DNA from: a virus
Direction: 5' to 3' (one strand)
DNA length: 13,814 nt
UHGV virus genome: UHGV-1801311
Position numbers and translations under genes: made by a program. Shown here piece by piece: positions 1-6,555 of the stretch. Under the pieces are notes generated by a model. The model searched no databases. It had not been told where the DNA came from and worked only from the letters and a program-made list of their open reading frames with translations. Position 1 is the first letter of the stretch, and each line of letters starts with the position of its first letter.

Positions 1-28
1 GGCAGCGTCAGATGTGTATAAGAGACAG
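1..28 (+). other. Illumina Nextera read-1 transposase adapter remnant ending in the 19-bp Tn5 mosaic end (10-28, AGATGTGTATAAGAGACAG)
   Basis: Direct read: GGCAGCGTCAGATGTGTATAAGAGACAG matches the 3' 28 nt of the Nextera read-1 adapter (TCGTCGGCAGCGTCAGATGTGTATAAGAGACAG). It abuts phage coding sequence mid-gene. Confidence 0.9.
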
Positions 29-29
29 C

Positions 30-446
30 TTTATGGGGCGGCGAAAATTCGTCGCATCCCGTCAGGCGAGCCAGATGTTTCTGTGCTGGCTGGAAGAGGC
101 CATCGTTCGCCGCGTGGTGACGTTACCTTCAAAAGCGCGCTTCAGTTTTCAGGAAGCCCGCAGTGCCTGGGGGAACTGTGACTGGATAGGCTCCGGTCGT
201 ATGGCCATCGATGGTCTGAAAGAAGTTCAGGAAGCGGTGATGCTGATAGAAGCCGGACTGAGCACCTACGAGAAAGAGTGCGCAAAACGCGGCGACGACT
301 ATCAGGAAATTTTTGCCCAGCAGGTCCGTGAAACGATGGAGCGCCGTGCAGCCGGTCTTAAACCGCCCGCCTGGGCGGCTGCGGCATTTGAATCCGGGCT
401 GCGACAATCAACAGAGGAGGAGAAGAGTGACAGCAGAGCTGCGTAA
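30..446 (+). CDS. B: Portal protein gpB, C-terminal fragment (5' truncated by contig end/adapter)
   Basis: ORF frame 12..446 ends ...GLRQSTEEEKSDSRAA*, recognised as the lambda portal protein C-terminus. No start codon is expected because the gene is cut by the adapter. Stop TAA at 444-446. Confidence 0.8.
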   Translation, partial: FMGRRKFVASRQASQMFLCWLEEAIVRRVVTLPSKARFSFQEARSAWGNCDWIGSGRMAIDGLKEVQEAVMLIEAGLSTYEKECAKRGDDYQEIFAQQVRETMERRAAGLKPPAWAAAAFESGLRQSTEEEKSDSRAA

Positions 447-1746
447 TCTCCCGCATATTGCCAGCATGGCTTTTAATGAGCCGCTGATGCTTGAACCCGC
501 CTATGCGCGGGTTTTCTTTTGTGCGCTTGCAGGCCAGCTTGGGATCAGCCGCCTGACGGATGCAGTATCCGGCGACAGCCTGACTGCCGGAGAGGCACCC
601 GCGGCGCTGGCGTTATCCGGTGATGATGACGGACCACGACAGGCCCGCAGTTATCAGGTCATGAACGGCATCGCCGTGCTGCCGGTGTCCGGCACGCTGG
701 TCAGCCGGACGCGGGCGCTGCAGCCGTATTCGGGGATGACCGGTTACAACAGCATTATCGCCCGTCTGCAACAGGCTGCCAGCGACCCGATGGTGGACGG
801 CATTCTGCTCGATATGGACACGCCAGGCGGGATGGTGGCGGGGGCATTTGACTGCGCTGACATCATCGCCCGTGTGCGTGACATAAAACCGGTATGGGCG
901 CTGGCCAACGACATGAACTGCAGTGCAGGTCAGTTGCTTGCCAGTGCCGCCTCCCGGCGTCTGGTCACGCAGACCGCCCGGACAGGCTCCATCGGCGTCA
1001 TGATGGCTCACAGTAATTACGGCGCTGCACTGGAGAAACAGGGCGTGGAAATCACGCTGATTTACAGCGGCAGCCATAAGGTGGATGGCAACCCCTACAG
1101 CCATCTACCGGGTGATGTCCGGGAGACACTGCAGTCCCGGATGGATGCAACCCGCCGGATGTTTGCGCAGAAGGTGTCGGCATATACCGGCCTGTCCGTG
1201 CAGGCTGTGCTGGATACCGAGGCTGCAGTGTACAGCGGTCAGGAGGCCATTGATGCCGGACTGGCTGATGAACTTGTTAACAGTACCGATGCGATCACCG
1301 TCATGCGTGATGCACTGGATGCACGTAAATCCCGTCTCTCAGGAGGGCGAATGACCAAAGAGACTCAATCAACAACTGTTTCAGCCACTGCTTCGCAGGC
1401 TGACGTTACTGACGTGGTGCCAGCGACGGAGGGCGAAAACGCCAGCGCGGCGCAGCCGGACGTGAACGCGCAGATCACCGCTGCGGTTGCGGCAGAAAAC
1501 AGCCGCATTATGGGGATCCTCAACTGTGAGGAGGCTCACGGACGCGAAGAACAGGCACGCGTGCTGGCCGAAACCCCCGGTATGACCGTGGAAACGGCCC
1601 GCCGCATTCTGGCCGCAGCACCACAGAGTGCACAGGCGCGCAGTGACACTGCGCTGGATCGTCTGATGCAGGGGGCACCGGCACCGCTGGCTGCAGGTAA
1701 CCCGGCATCTGATGCCGTTAACGATTTGCTGAACACACCAGTGTAA
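427..1746 (+). CDS. C: Head maturation protease / minor capsid protein gpC (S49 / ClpP-like peptidase family), 439 aa
   Basis: Translation from GTG at 427 gives TAELRNLPHIASMAFNEPLMLEP..., the lambda gpC N-terminus. RBS GAGGAGGAG at about 413-421. Overlaps the end of B by 20 nt as in lambda. Length is exactly 1320 nt. The six-frame ORF from 313 is an upstream read-through into B. Confidence 0.9.
   Translation: MTAELRNLPHIASMAFNEPLMLEPAYARVFFCALAGQLGISRLTDAVSGDSLTAGEAPAALALSGDDDGPRQARSYQVMNGIAVLPVSGTLVSRTRALQPYSGMTGYNSIIARLQQAASDPMVDGILLDMDTPGGMVAGAFDCADIIARVRDIKPVWALANDMNCSAGQLLASAASRRLVTQTARTGSIGVMMAHSNYGAALEKQGVEITLIYSGSHKVDGNPYSHLPGDVRETLQSRMDATRRMFAQKVSAYTGLSVQAVLDTEAAVYSGQEAIDAGLADELVNSTDAITVMRDALDARKSRLSGGRMTKETQSTTVSATASQADVTDVVPATEGENASAAQPDVNAQITAAVAAENSRIMGILNCEEAHGREEQARVLAETPGMTVETARRILAAAPQSAQARSDTALDRLMQGAPAPLAAGNPASDAVNDLLNTPV
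1141..1746 (+). CDS. Nu3: Scaffolding protein Nu3, in-frame internal initiation within C (201 aa)
   Basis: ATG at 1141 (MDATRRMFAQKVSAYTG...) is in the C frame, 606 nt before the shared stop, matching the known lambda C/Nu3 nested arrangement. Confidence 0.75.
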   Translation: MDATRRMFAQKVSAYTGLSVQAVLDTEAAVYSGQEAIDAGLADELVNSTDAITVMRDALDARKSRLSGGRMTKETQSTTVSATASQADVTDVVPATEGENASAAQPDVNAQITAAVAAENSRIMGILNCEEAHGREEQARVLAETPGMTVETARRILAAAPQSAQARSDTALDRLMQGAPAPLAAGNPASDAVNDLLNTPV

Positions 1747-1755
1747 GGGATGTTT

Positions 1756-2088
1756 ATGACGAGCAAAGAAACCTTTACCCATTACCAGCCGCTGGGCAAC
1801 AGTGACCCGGCTCATACCGCAACCGCGCCCGGCGGATTGAGTGCGAAAGCGCCTGCAATGACCCCGCTGATGCTGGACACCTCCACCCGTAAGCTGGTTG
1901 CGTGGGATGGCACCACCGACGGTGCTGCCGTTGGCATTCTTGCGGTTGCTGCTGACCAGACCAGCACCACACTGACGTTCTACAAGTCCGGCACGTTCCG
2001 TTATGAGGATGTGCTCTGGCCGGAGGCTGCCAGCGACGAGACGAAAAAACGGACCGCGTTTGCCGGAACGGCAATCAGCATCGTTTAA
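1756..2088 (+). CDS. D: Head decoration protein gpD, 110 aa
   Basis: [27 protein letters not shown]...TAISIV is recognised as lambda gpD. Start chosen at the second ATG (1756) with AGGGA RBS 5 nt upstream; the ORF-track start at 1750 adds two residues. Confidence 0.9.
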   Translation: MTSKETFTHYQPLGNSDPAHTATAPGGLSAKAPAMTPLMLDTSTRKLVAWDGTTDGAAVGILAVAADQTSTTLTFYKSGTFRYEDVLWPEAASDETKKRTAFAGTAISIV

Positions 2089-2108
2089 CCTGACCCTTCA
2101 TCACTAAA

Positions 2109-2130
2109 GGCCGCCTGTGCGGCTTTTTTT
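2109..2130 (+). terminator. Weak terminator-like hairpin (GCCGC-CTGT-GCGGC) followed by a run of 7 T, between D and E
   Basis: Direct read: 5-bp GC stem at 2110-2114 / 2119-2123, then TTTTTTT at 2124-2130. The stem is short, so it may be an attenuator or mRNA-stability element rather than an efficient terminator. Confidence 0.35.
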
Positions 2131-2143
2131 ACGGGATTTTTTT

Positions 2144-3169
2144 ATGTCGATGTACACAACCGCCCAGCTGCTGGCGGCAAATGAGCAGAAATTTAAGTTT
2201 GATCCGCTGTTTCTGCGTCTCTTTTTCCGTGAGAGCTATCCCTTCACCACGGAGAAAGTCTATCTCTCACAAATTCCGGGACTGGTAAACATGGCGCTGT
2301 ACGTTTCGCCGATTGTTTCCGGTGAGGTTATCCGCTCCCGTGGCGGCTCCACCTCTGAATTTACGCCGGGATATGTCAAACCCAAGCATGAGGTGAATCC
2401 GCAGATGACCCTGCGTCGCCTGCCGGATGAAGATCCGCAGAATCTGGCGGACCCGGCTTACCGCCGCCGTCGCATCATCCTGCAGAACATGCGAGACGAA
2501 GAGCTGGCCATTGCTCAGGTCGAAGAGATGCAGGCCGTTTCTGCCGTGCTTAAGGGCAAATACACCATGACCGGTGAAGCCTTCGATCCGGTTGAGGTGG
2601 ATATGGGCCGCAGTGAAGCGAATAACATCACGCAGTCCGGCGGCACGGAGTGGAGCAAGCGTGACAAGTCCACGTATGACCCGACCGACGATATCGAAGC
2701 CTACGCGCTGAACGCCAGCGGTGTGGTGAATATCATCGTGTTTGATCCGAAAGGCTGGGCGCTGTTCCGTTCCTTCAAAGCCGTCAGGGAGAAGCTGGAT
2801 ACCCGTCGCGGCTCTCATTCCGAGCTGGAGACAGCGGTAAAAGACCTGGGCAAAGCGGTGTCCTATAAGGGAATGTATGGCGATGTGGCCATCGTCGTGT
2901 ATTCCGGACAGTACGTGGAAAACGGCGTCAAAAAGAACTTCCTGCCGGACAACACGATGGTGCTGGGGAACACTCAGGCACGCGGTCTGCGCACCTATGG
3001 CTGCATTCAGGATGCGGACGCACAGCGCGAAGGCATTAACGCCTCTGCCCGTTACCCGAAAAACTGGGTGACCACCGGCGATCCGGCGCGTGAGTTCACC
3101 ATGATTCAGTCAGCACCGCTGATGCTGCTGGCTGACCCTGATGAGTTCGTTTCCGTACAACTGGCGTAA
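2144..3169 (+). CDS. E: Major capsid protein gpE (HK97 fold), 341 aa
   Basis: MSMYTTAQLLAANEQKFKFDPLFLRLFFRESYPFT...EFVSVQLA is recognised as lambda gpE. Start at ATG 2144 (the ORF-track start at 2117 is an upstream in-frame extension). Length 1026 nt matches lambda E. Confidence 0.92.
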   Translation: MSMYTTAQLLAANEQKFKFDPLFLRLFFRESYPFTTEKVYLSQIPGLVNMALYVSPIVSGEVIRSRGGSTSEFTPGYVKPKHEVNPQMTLRRLPDEDPQNLADPAYRRRRIILQNMRDEELAIAQVEEMQAVSAVLKGKYTMTGEAFDPVEVDMGRSEANNITQSGGTEWSKRDKSTYDPTDDIEAYALNASGVVNIIVFDPKGWALFRSFKAVREKLDTRRGSHSELETAVKDLGKAVSYKGMYGDVAIVVYSGQYVENGVKKNFLPDNTMVLGNTQARGLRTYGCIQDADAQREGINASARYPKNWVTTGDPAREFTMIQSAPLMLLADPDEFVSVQLA

Positions 3170-3172
3170 TCG

Positions 3173-3198
3173 TGGCCCTTCGGGGCCATTTTCTCTCT
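3173..3198 (+). terminator. Stable hairpin with a UUCG tetraloop (TGGCCC-TTCG-GGGCCA) followed by a T-rich tract, just after the E stop codon
   Basis: Direct read: perfect 6-bp stem at 3173-3178 / 3183-3188 with TTCG loop, followed by ATTTTCTCTCT. Sits between the most highly expressed capsid gene and FI. Confidence 0.45.
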
Positions 3199-3210
3199 GT
3201 GGAGGAGTCC

Positions 3211-3606
3211 ATGACGAAAGATGAACTGATTGCCCGTCTTCAGGTGCTGGGTGAGCAACTGAACCGTGATGTCAGCCTGACGGGGACGAAAGAAGAACTG
3301 GCGCTCCGTGTGGCAGAGCTGGAAGAGGAGCTTGATGACACGGATGACGCAGCCGGTCAGGACACGTCTGTCAGCCCGGAAAATGCACTGACCGGACATG
3401 AAAATGAGGTGGTATCAGCACAGACGGATACCGTGACTGATACGGCTGCTCTGGTCACGGTTGTGGCACTGGTGACGCTGCATACTGATGCACTTCACGC
3501 CACGCGGGATGAGGCTGTGGCATTTGTGCTGCCGGGAACGGCGTTCCGTGTCTCTGCCGGTGTGGCAGCTGAAATGACAGAGCGCGGCCTGGCCAGAATG
3601 CAATAA
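3211..3606 (+). CDS. FI: DNA-packaging / head assembly protein gpFI, 131 aa
   Basis: MTKDELIARLQVLGEQLNRDVSLTGTKEELALRVAELEEEL... is recognised as lambda gpFI. RBS GGAGGAG at 3201-3207. The ORF-track start at 3172 is an upstream extension through the hairpin. Confidence 0.85.
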   Translation: MTKDELIARLQVLGEQLNRDVSLTGTKEELALRVAELEEELDDTDDAAGQDTSVSPENALTGHENEVVSAQTDTVTDTAALVTVVALVTLHTDALHATRDEAVAFVLPGTAFRVSAGVAAEMTERGLARMQ

Positions 3607-3617
3607 CGGGAGGCGCT

Positions 3618-3971
3618 GTGGCTGATTTCGATAACCTGTTCGATGCTGCCATTGCCCGCGCCGATGAAACGATACGCGGGTACATGGGAACGTCAGCCAC
3701 CATGACATCCGGTGAGCAGTCCGGCGCAGTAATACGTGGTGTTTTTGATGACCCTGAAAATATCAGCTATGCCGGACAGGGCGTGCGCGTTGAAGGCTCC
3801 AGCCCGTCCCTGTTTGTCCGGACTGATGATGTGCGGCAGCTGCGGCGCGGCGACACGCTGACCATCGGTGAGGAAAACTTCTGGATAGACCGGATTTCGC
3901 CGGATGATGGCGGAAGCTGTCATCTCTGGCTTGGGCGGGGCGTACCGCCTGCCGTTAACCGTCGCCGCTGA
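3618..3971 (+). CDS. FII: Head-tail connector / head completion protein gpFII, 117 aa
   Basis: GTG start at 3618 with GGGAGG RBS at 3607-3612. MADFDNLFDAAIARADETIRGYMG... is recognised as lambda gpFII; length matches. Confidence 0.88.
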   Translation: MADFDNLFDAAIARADETIRGYMGTSATMTSGEQSGAVIRGVFDDPENISYAGQGVRVEGSSPSLFVRTDDVRQLRRGDTLTIGEENFWIDRISPDDGGSCHLWLGRGVPPAVNRRR

Positions 3972-3982
3972 AAGGGGGATGT

Positions 3983-4561
3983 ATGGCCATAAAAGGTCTT
4001 GAGCAGGCCGTTGAAAACCTCAGCCGTATCAGCAGAACGGCGGTGCCCGGTGCCGCCGCAATGGCCATTAACCGCGTTGCTTCATCCGCGATATCGCAGT
4101 CGGCGTCACAGGTTGCCCGTGAGACAAAGGTACGCCGGAAACTGGTAAAGGAAAGGGCCAGGCTGAAAAGGGCCACGGTCAAAAATCCGCAGGCCAGAAT
4201 CAAAGTTAACCGGGGGGATTTGCCCGTAATAAAGCTGGGTAACGCGCGGATTGTCCTGTCCCGACGCAGGCGTCGTAAAAAGGGGCAGCGTTCATCCCTG
4301 AAAGGTGGCGGCAGCGTGCTTGTGGTGGGAAACCGTCGTATTCCCGGCGCGTTTATTCAGCAACTGAAAAATGGCCGGTGGCATGTCATGCAGCGTGTGG
4401 CCGGGAAAAACCGTTACCCCATTGATGTGGTGAAAATCCCGATGGCGGTGCCGCTGACCACGGCGTTTAAACAAAATATTGAGCGGATACGGCGTGAACG
4501 TCTTCCGAAAGAGCTGGGCTATGCGCTGCAGCATCAACTGAGGATGGTAATAAAGCGATGA
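3983..4561 (+). CDS. Z: Minor tail protein gpZ (tail completion), 192 aa
   Basis: MAIKGLEQAVENLSRISRTAVPGAAAMAINRV... is recognised as lambda gpZ. RBS AAAGGGGGA upstream of ATG 3983. Length matches. Confidence 0.9.
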   Translation: MAIKGLEQAVENLSRISRTAVPGAAAMAINRVASSAISQSASQVARETKVRRKLVKERARLKRATVKNPQARIKVNRGDLPVIKLGNARIVLSRRRRRKKGQRSSLKGGGSVLVVGNRRIPGAFIQQLKNGRWHVMQRVAGKNRYPIDVVKIPMAVPLTTAFKQNIERIRRERLPKELGYALQHQLRMVIKR

Positions 4562-4953
4562 AACATACTGAACTCCGTGCAGCCGTACTGGATGCACTGG
4601 AGAAGCATGACACCGGGGCGACGTTTTTTGATGGTCGCCCCGCTGTTTTTGATGAGGCGGATTTTCCGGCAGTTGCCGTTTATCTCACCGGCGCTGAATA
4701 CACGGGCGAAGAGCTGGACAGCGATACCTGGCAGGCGGAGCTGCATATCGAAGTTTTCCTGCCTGCTCAGGTGCCGGATTCAGAGCTGGATTCGTGGATG
4801 GAGTCCCGGATTTATCCGGTGATGAGCGATATCCCGGCACTGTCAGATTTGATCACCAGTATGGTGGCCAGTGGCTATGACTACCGGCGCGACGATGATG
4901 CGGGCCTGTGGAGTTCAGCCGATCTGACTTATGTCATTACCTATGAAATGTGA
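4558..4953 (+). CDS. U: Tail terminator protein gpU, 131 aa
   Basis: [33 protein letters not shown]... is recognised as lambda gpU. ATGA start/stop overlap with Z (translational coupling). Confidence 0.9.
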   Translation: MKHTELRAAVLDALEKHDTGATFFDGRPAVFDEADFPAVAVYLTGAEYTGEELDSDTWQAELHIEVFLPAQVPDSELDSWMESRIYPVMSDIPALSDLITSMVASGYDYRRDDDAGLWSSADLTYVITYEM

Positions 4954-4960
4954 GGACGAT

Positions 4961-5701
4961 ATGCCAACACCAAATCCTCTGGCACCGGTGAAAGGGGCCG
5001 GGACCACACTGTGGGTTTATAAGGGGAGCGGTGACCCTTATGCGAATCCGCTTTCAGACGTTGACTGGTCGCGTCTGGCAAAAGTTAAAGACCTGACGCC
5101 CGGCGAACTGACCGCTGAGTCCTATGACGACAGCTATCTCGATGATGAAGATGCAGACTGGACTGCGACCGGGCAGGGGCAGAAATCTGCCGGAGATACC
5201 AGCTTCACGCTGGCGTGGATGCCCGGAGAGCAGGGGCAGCAGGCGCTGCTGGCGTGGTTTAATGAAGGTGATACCCGTGCCTATAAAATCCGCTTCCCGA
5301 ACGGCACGGTCGATGTGTTCCGCGGCTGGGTCAGCAGTATCGGTAAGGCGGTGACGGCGAAGGAAGTGATCACCCGCACGGTGAAAGTCACCAATGTGGG
5401 ACGTCCGTCGATGGCAGAAGATCGCAGCACGGTAACAGCGGCAACCGGCATGACCGTGACGCCTGCCAGCACCTCGGTGGTGAAAGGGCAGAGCACCACG
5501 CTGACCGTGGCCTTCCAGCCGGAGGGCGTAACCGACAAGAGCTTTCGTGCGGTGTCTGCGGATAAAACAAAAGCCACCGTGTCGGTCAGTGGTATGACCA
5601 TCACCGTGAAAGGTGTTGCTGCAGGCAAGGTCAACATTCCGGTCGTATCCGGTAATGGTGAACTTGCTGCGGTTGCAGAAATCAACGTCACCGCCAGTTA
5701 A
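4961..5701 (+). CDS. V: Major tail tube protein gpV with C-terminal Ig-like (Big_2-type) domain, 246 aa
   Basis: [37 protein letters not shown]... is recognised as lambda gpV. Start at ATG 4961 with GAGGA RBS; the ORF-track start at 4931 overlaps the end of U. C-terminal [25 protein letters not shown]... is an Ig-like repeat. Confidence 0.9.
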   Translation: MPTPNPLAPVKGAGTTLWVYKGSGDPYANPLSDVDWSRLAKVKDLTPGELTAESYDDSYLDDEDADWTATGQGQKSAGDTSFTLAWMPGEQGQQALLAWFNEGDTRAYKIRFPNGTVDVFRGWVSSIGKAVTAKEVITRTVKVTNVGRPSMAEDRSTVTAATGMTVTPASTSVVKGQSTTLTVAFQPEGVTDKSFRAVSADKTKATVSVSGMTITVKGVAAGKVNIPVVSGNGELAAVAEINVTAS

Positions 5702-5716
5702 TCCGGAGAGTCAGCG

Positions 5717-6139
5717 ATGTTCCTGAAAACCGAATCATTTGAACATAACGGTGTGACCGTCACGCTTTCTGAACTGTCAGCCCTGCAGCGTATTGAGCAT
5801 CTCGCCCTGATGAAACGGCAGGCAGAACAGGCGGAGTCAGACAGCAACCGGAAGTTTACTGTGGAAGACGCCATCAGAACCGGCGCGTTTCTGGTGGCGA
5901 TGTCCCTGTGGCATAACCATCCGCAGAAGACAAAGCTGCCTTCCATGAATGAAGCCGTTAAACAGATTGAGCAGGAAGTGCTTACCACCTGGCCCACGGA
6001 GGCAATTTCTCATGCTGAAAACGTGGTGTACCGGCTGTCCGGTATGTATGAGTTTGTGGTGAATGATGCTCCTGAACAGACAGAGGACGCCGGGCCTGCA
6101 GAGCCTGTTTCTGCGGGAAAGTGTTCGACGGTGAGCTGA
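5717..6139 (+). CDS. G: Tail assembly chaperone gpG, 140 aa
   Basis: MFLKTESFEHNGVTVTLSELSALQRIEHLALMKRQAEQ...SAGKCSTVS* is recognised as lambda gpG. RBS GGAGAG upstream. Confidence 0.9.
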   Translation: MFLKTESFEHNGVTVTLSELSALQRIEHLALMKRQAEQAESDSNRKFTVEDAIRTGAFLVAMSLWHNHPQKTKLPSMNEAVKQIEQEVLTTWPTEAISHAENVVYRLSGMYEFVVNDAPEQTEDAGPAEPVSAGKCSTVS

Positions 6140-6555
6140 GTTTTGCCCTGAAACTGGCGCGCGAGATGGGGCGACCCGACTGGCGTGCCATGCTTGCCGG
6201 GATGTCATCCACGGAGTATGCCGACTGGCACCGCTTTTACAGTACCCATTATTTTCATGATGTTCTGCTGGATATGCACTTTTCCGGGCTGACGTACACC
6301 GTGCTCAGCCTGTTTTTCAGCGATCCGGATATGCATCCGCTGGATTTCAGTCTGCTGAACCGGCGCGAGGCTGACGAAGAGCCTGAAGATGATGTGCTGA
6401 TGCAGAAAGCGGCAGGGCTTGCCGGAGGTGTCCGCTTTGGCCCGGACGGGAATGAAGTTATCCCCGCTTCCCCGGATGTGGCGGACATGACGGAGGATGA
6501 CGTAATGCTGATGACAGTATCAGAAGGGATCGCAGGAGGAGTCCGGTATGGCTGA
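5717..6555 (+). CDS. GT: Tail assembly chaperone gpGT, made by -1 programmed ribosomal frameshift from G into the T frame at the slippery site 6115-6121
   Basis: The T frame (6121..6555) has no independent start or RBS. It overlaps the 3' end of G and follows the slippery heptamer G GGA AAG positioned exactly as in lambda. The T frame ends at TGA 6553-6555, overlapping the H start. Confidence 0.8.
6115..6121 (+). promoter_or_regulatory. Slippery heptanucleotide GGGAAAG for the G/GT -1 programmed ribosomal frameshift
   Basis: Direct read: in the G frame the codons are G GGA AAG (Gly-Lys, codons 134-135), 6 codons before the G stop. Shifting -1 enters the T ORF. Confidence 0.85.

Noticed and set aside
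313-1746. 477-aa ORF suggesting a longer C protein
   Set aside because: The upstream 38 codons overlap the end of B in another frame and have no RBS. The GTG at 427 with a strong GAGGAGGAG RBS matches the lambda gpC N-terminus and its exact length.
1750-4960. Upstream in-frame ATGs given as ORF starts for D (1750), E (2117), FI (3172) and V (4931)
   Set aside because: Each adds a few non-conserved residues and either overlaps the preceding gene or runs through an intergenic hairpin. The downstream ATGs with properly spaced RBSs reproduce the known lambda protein N-termini and lengths.
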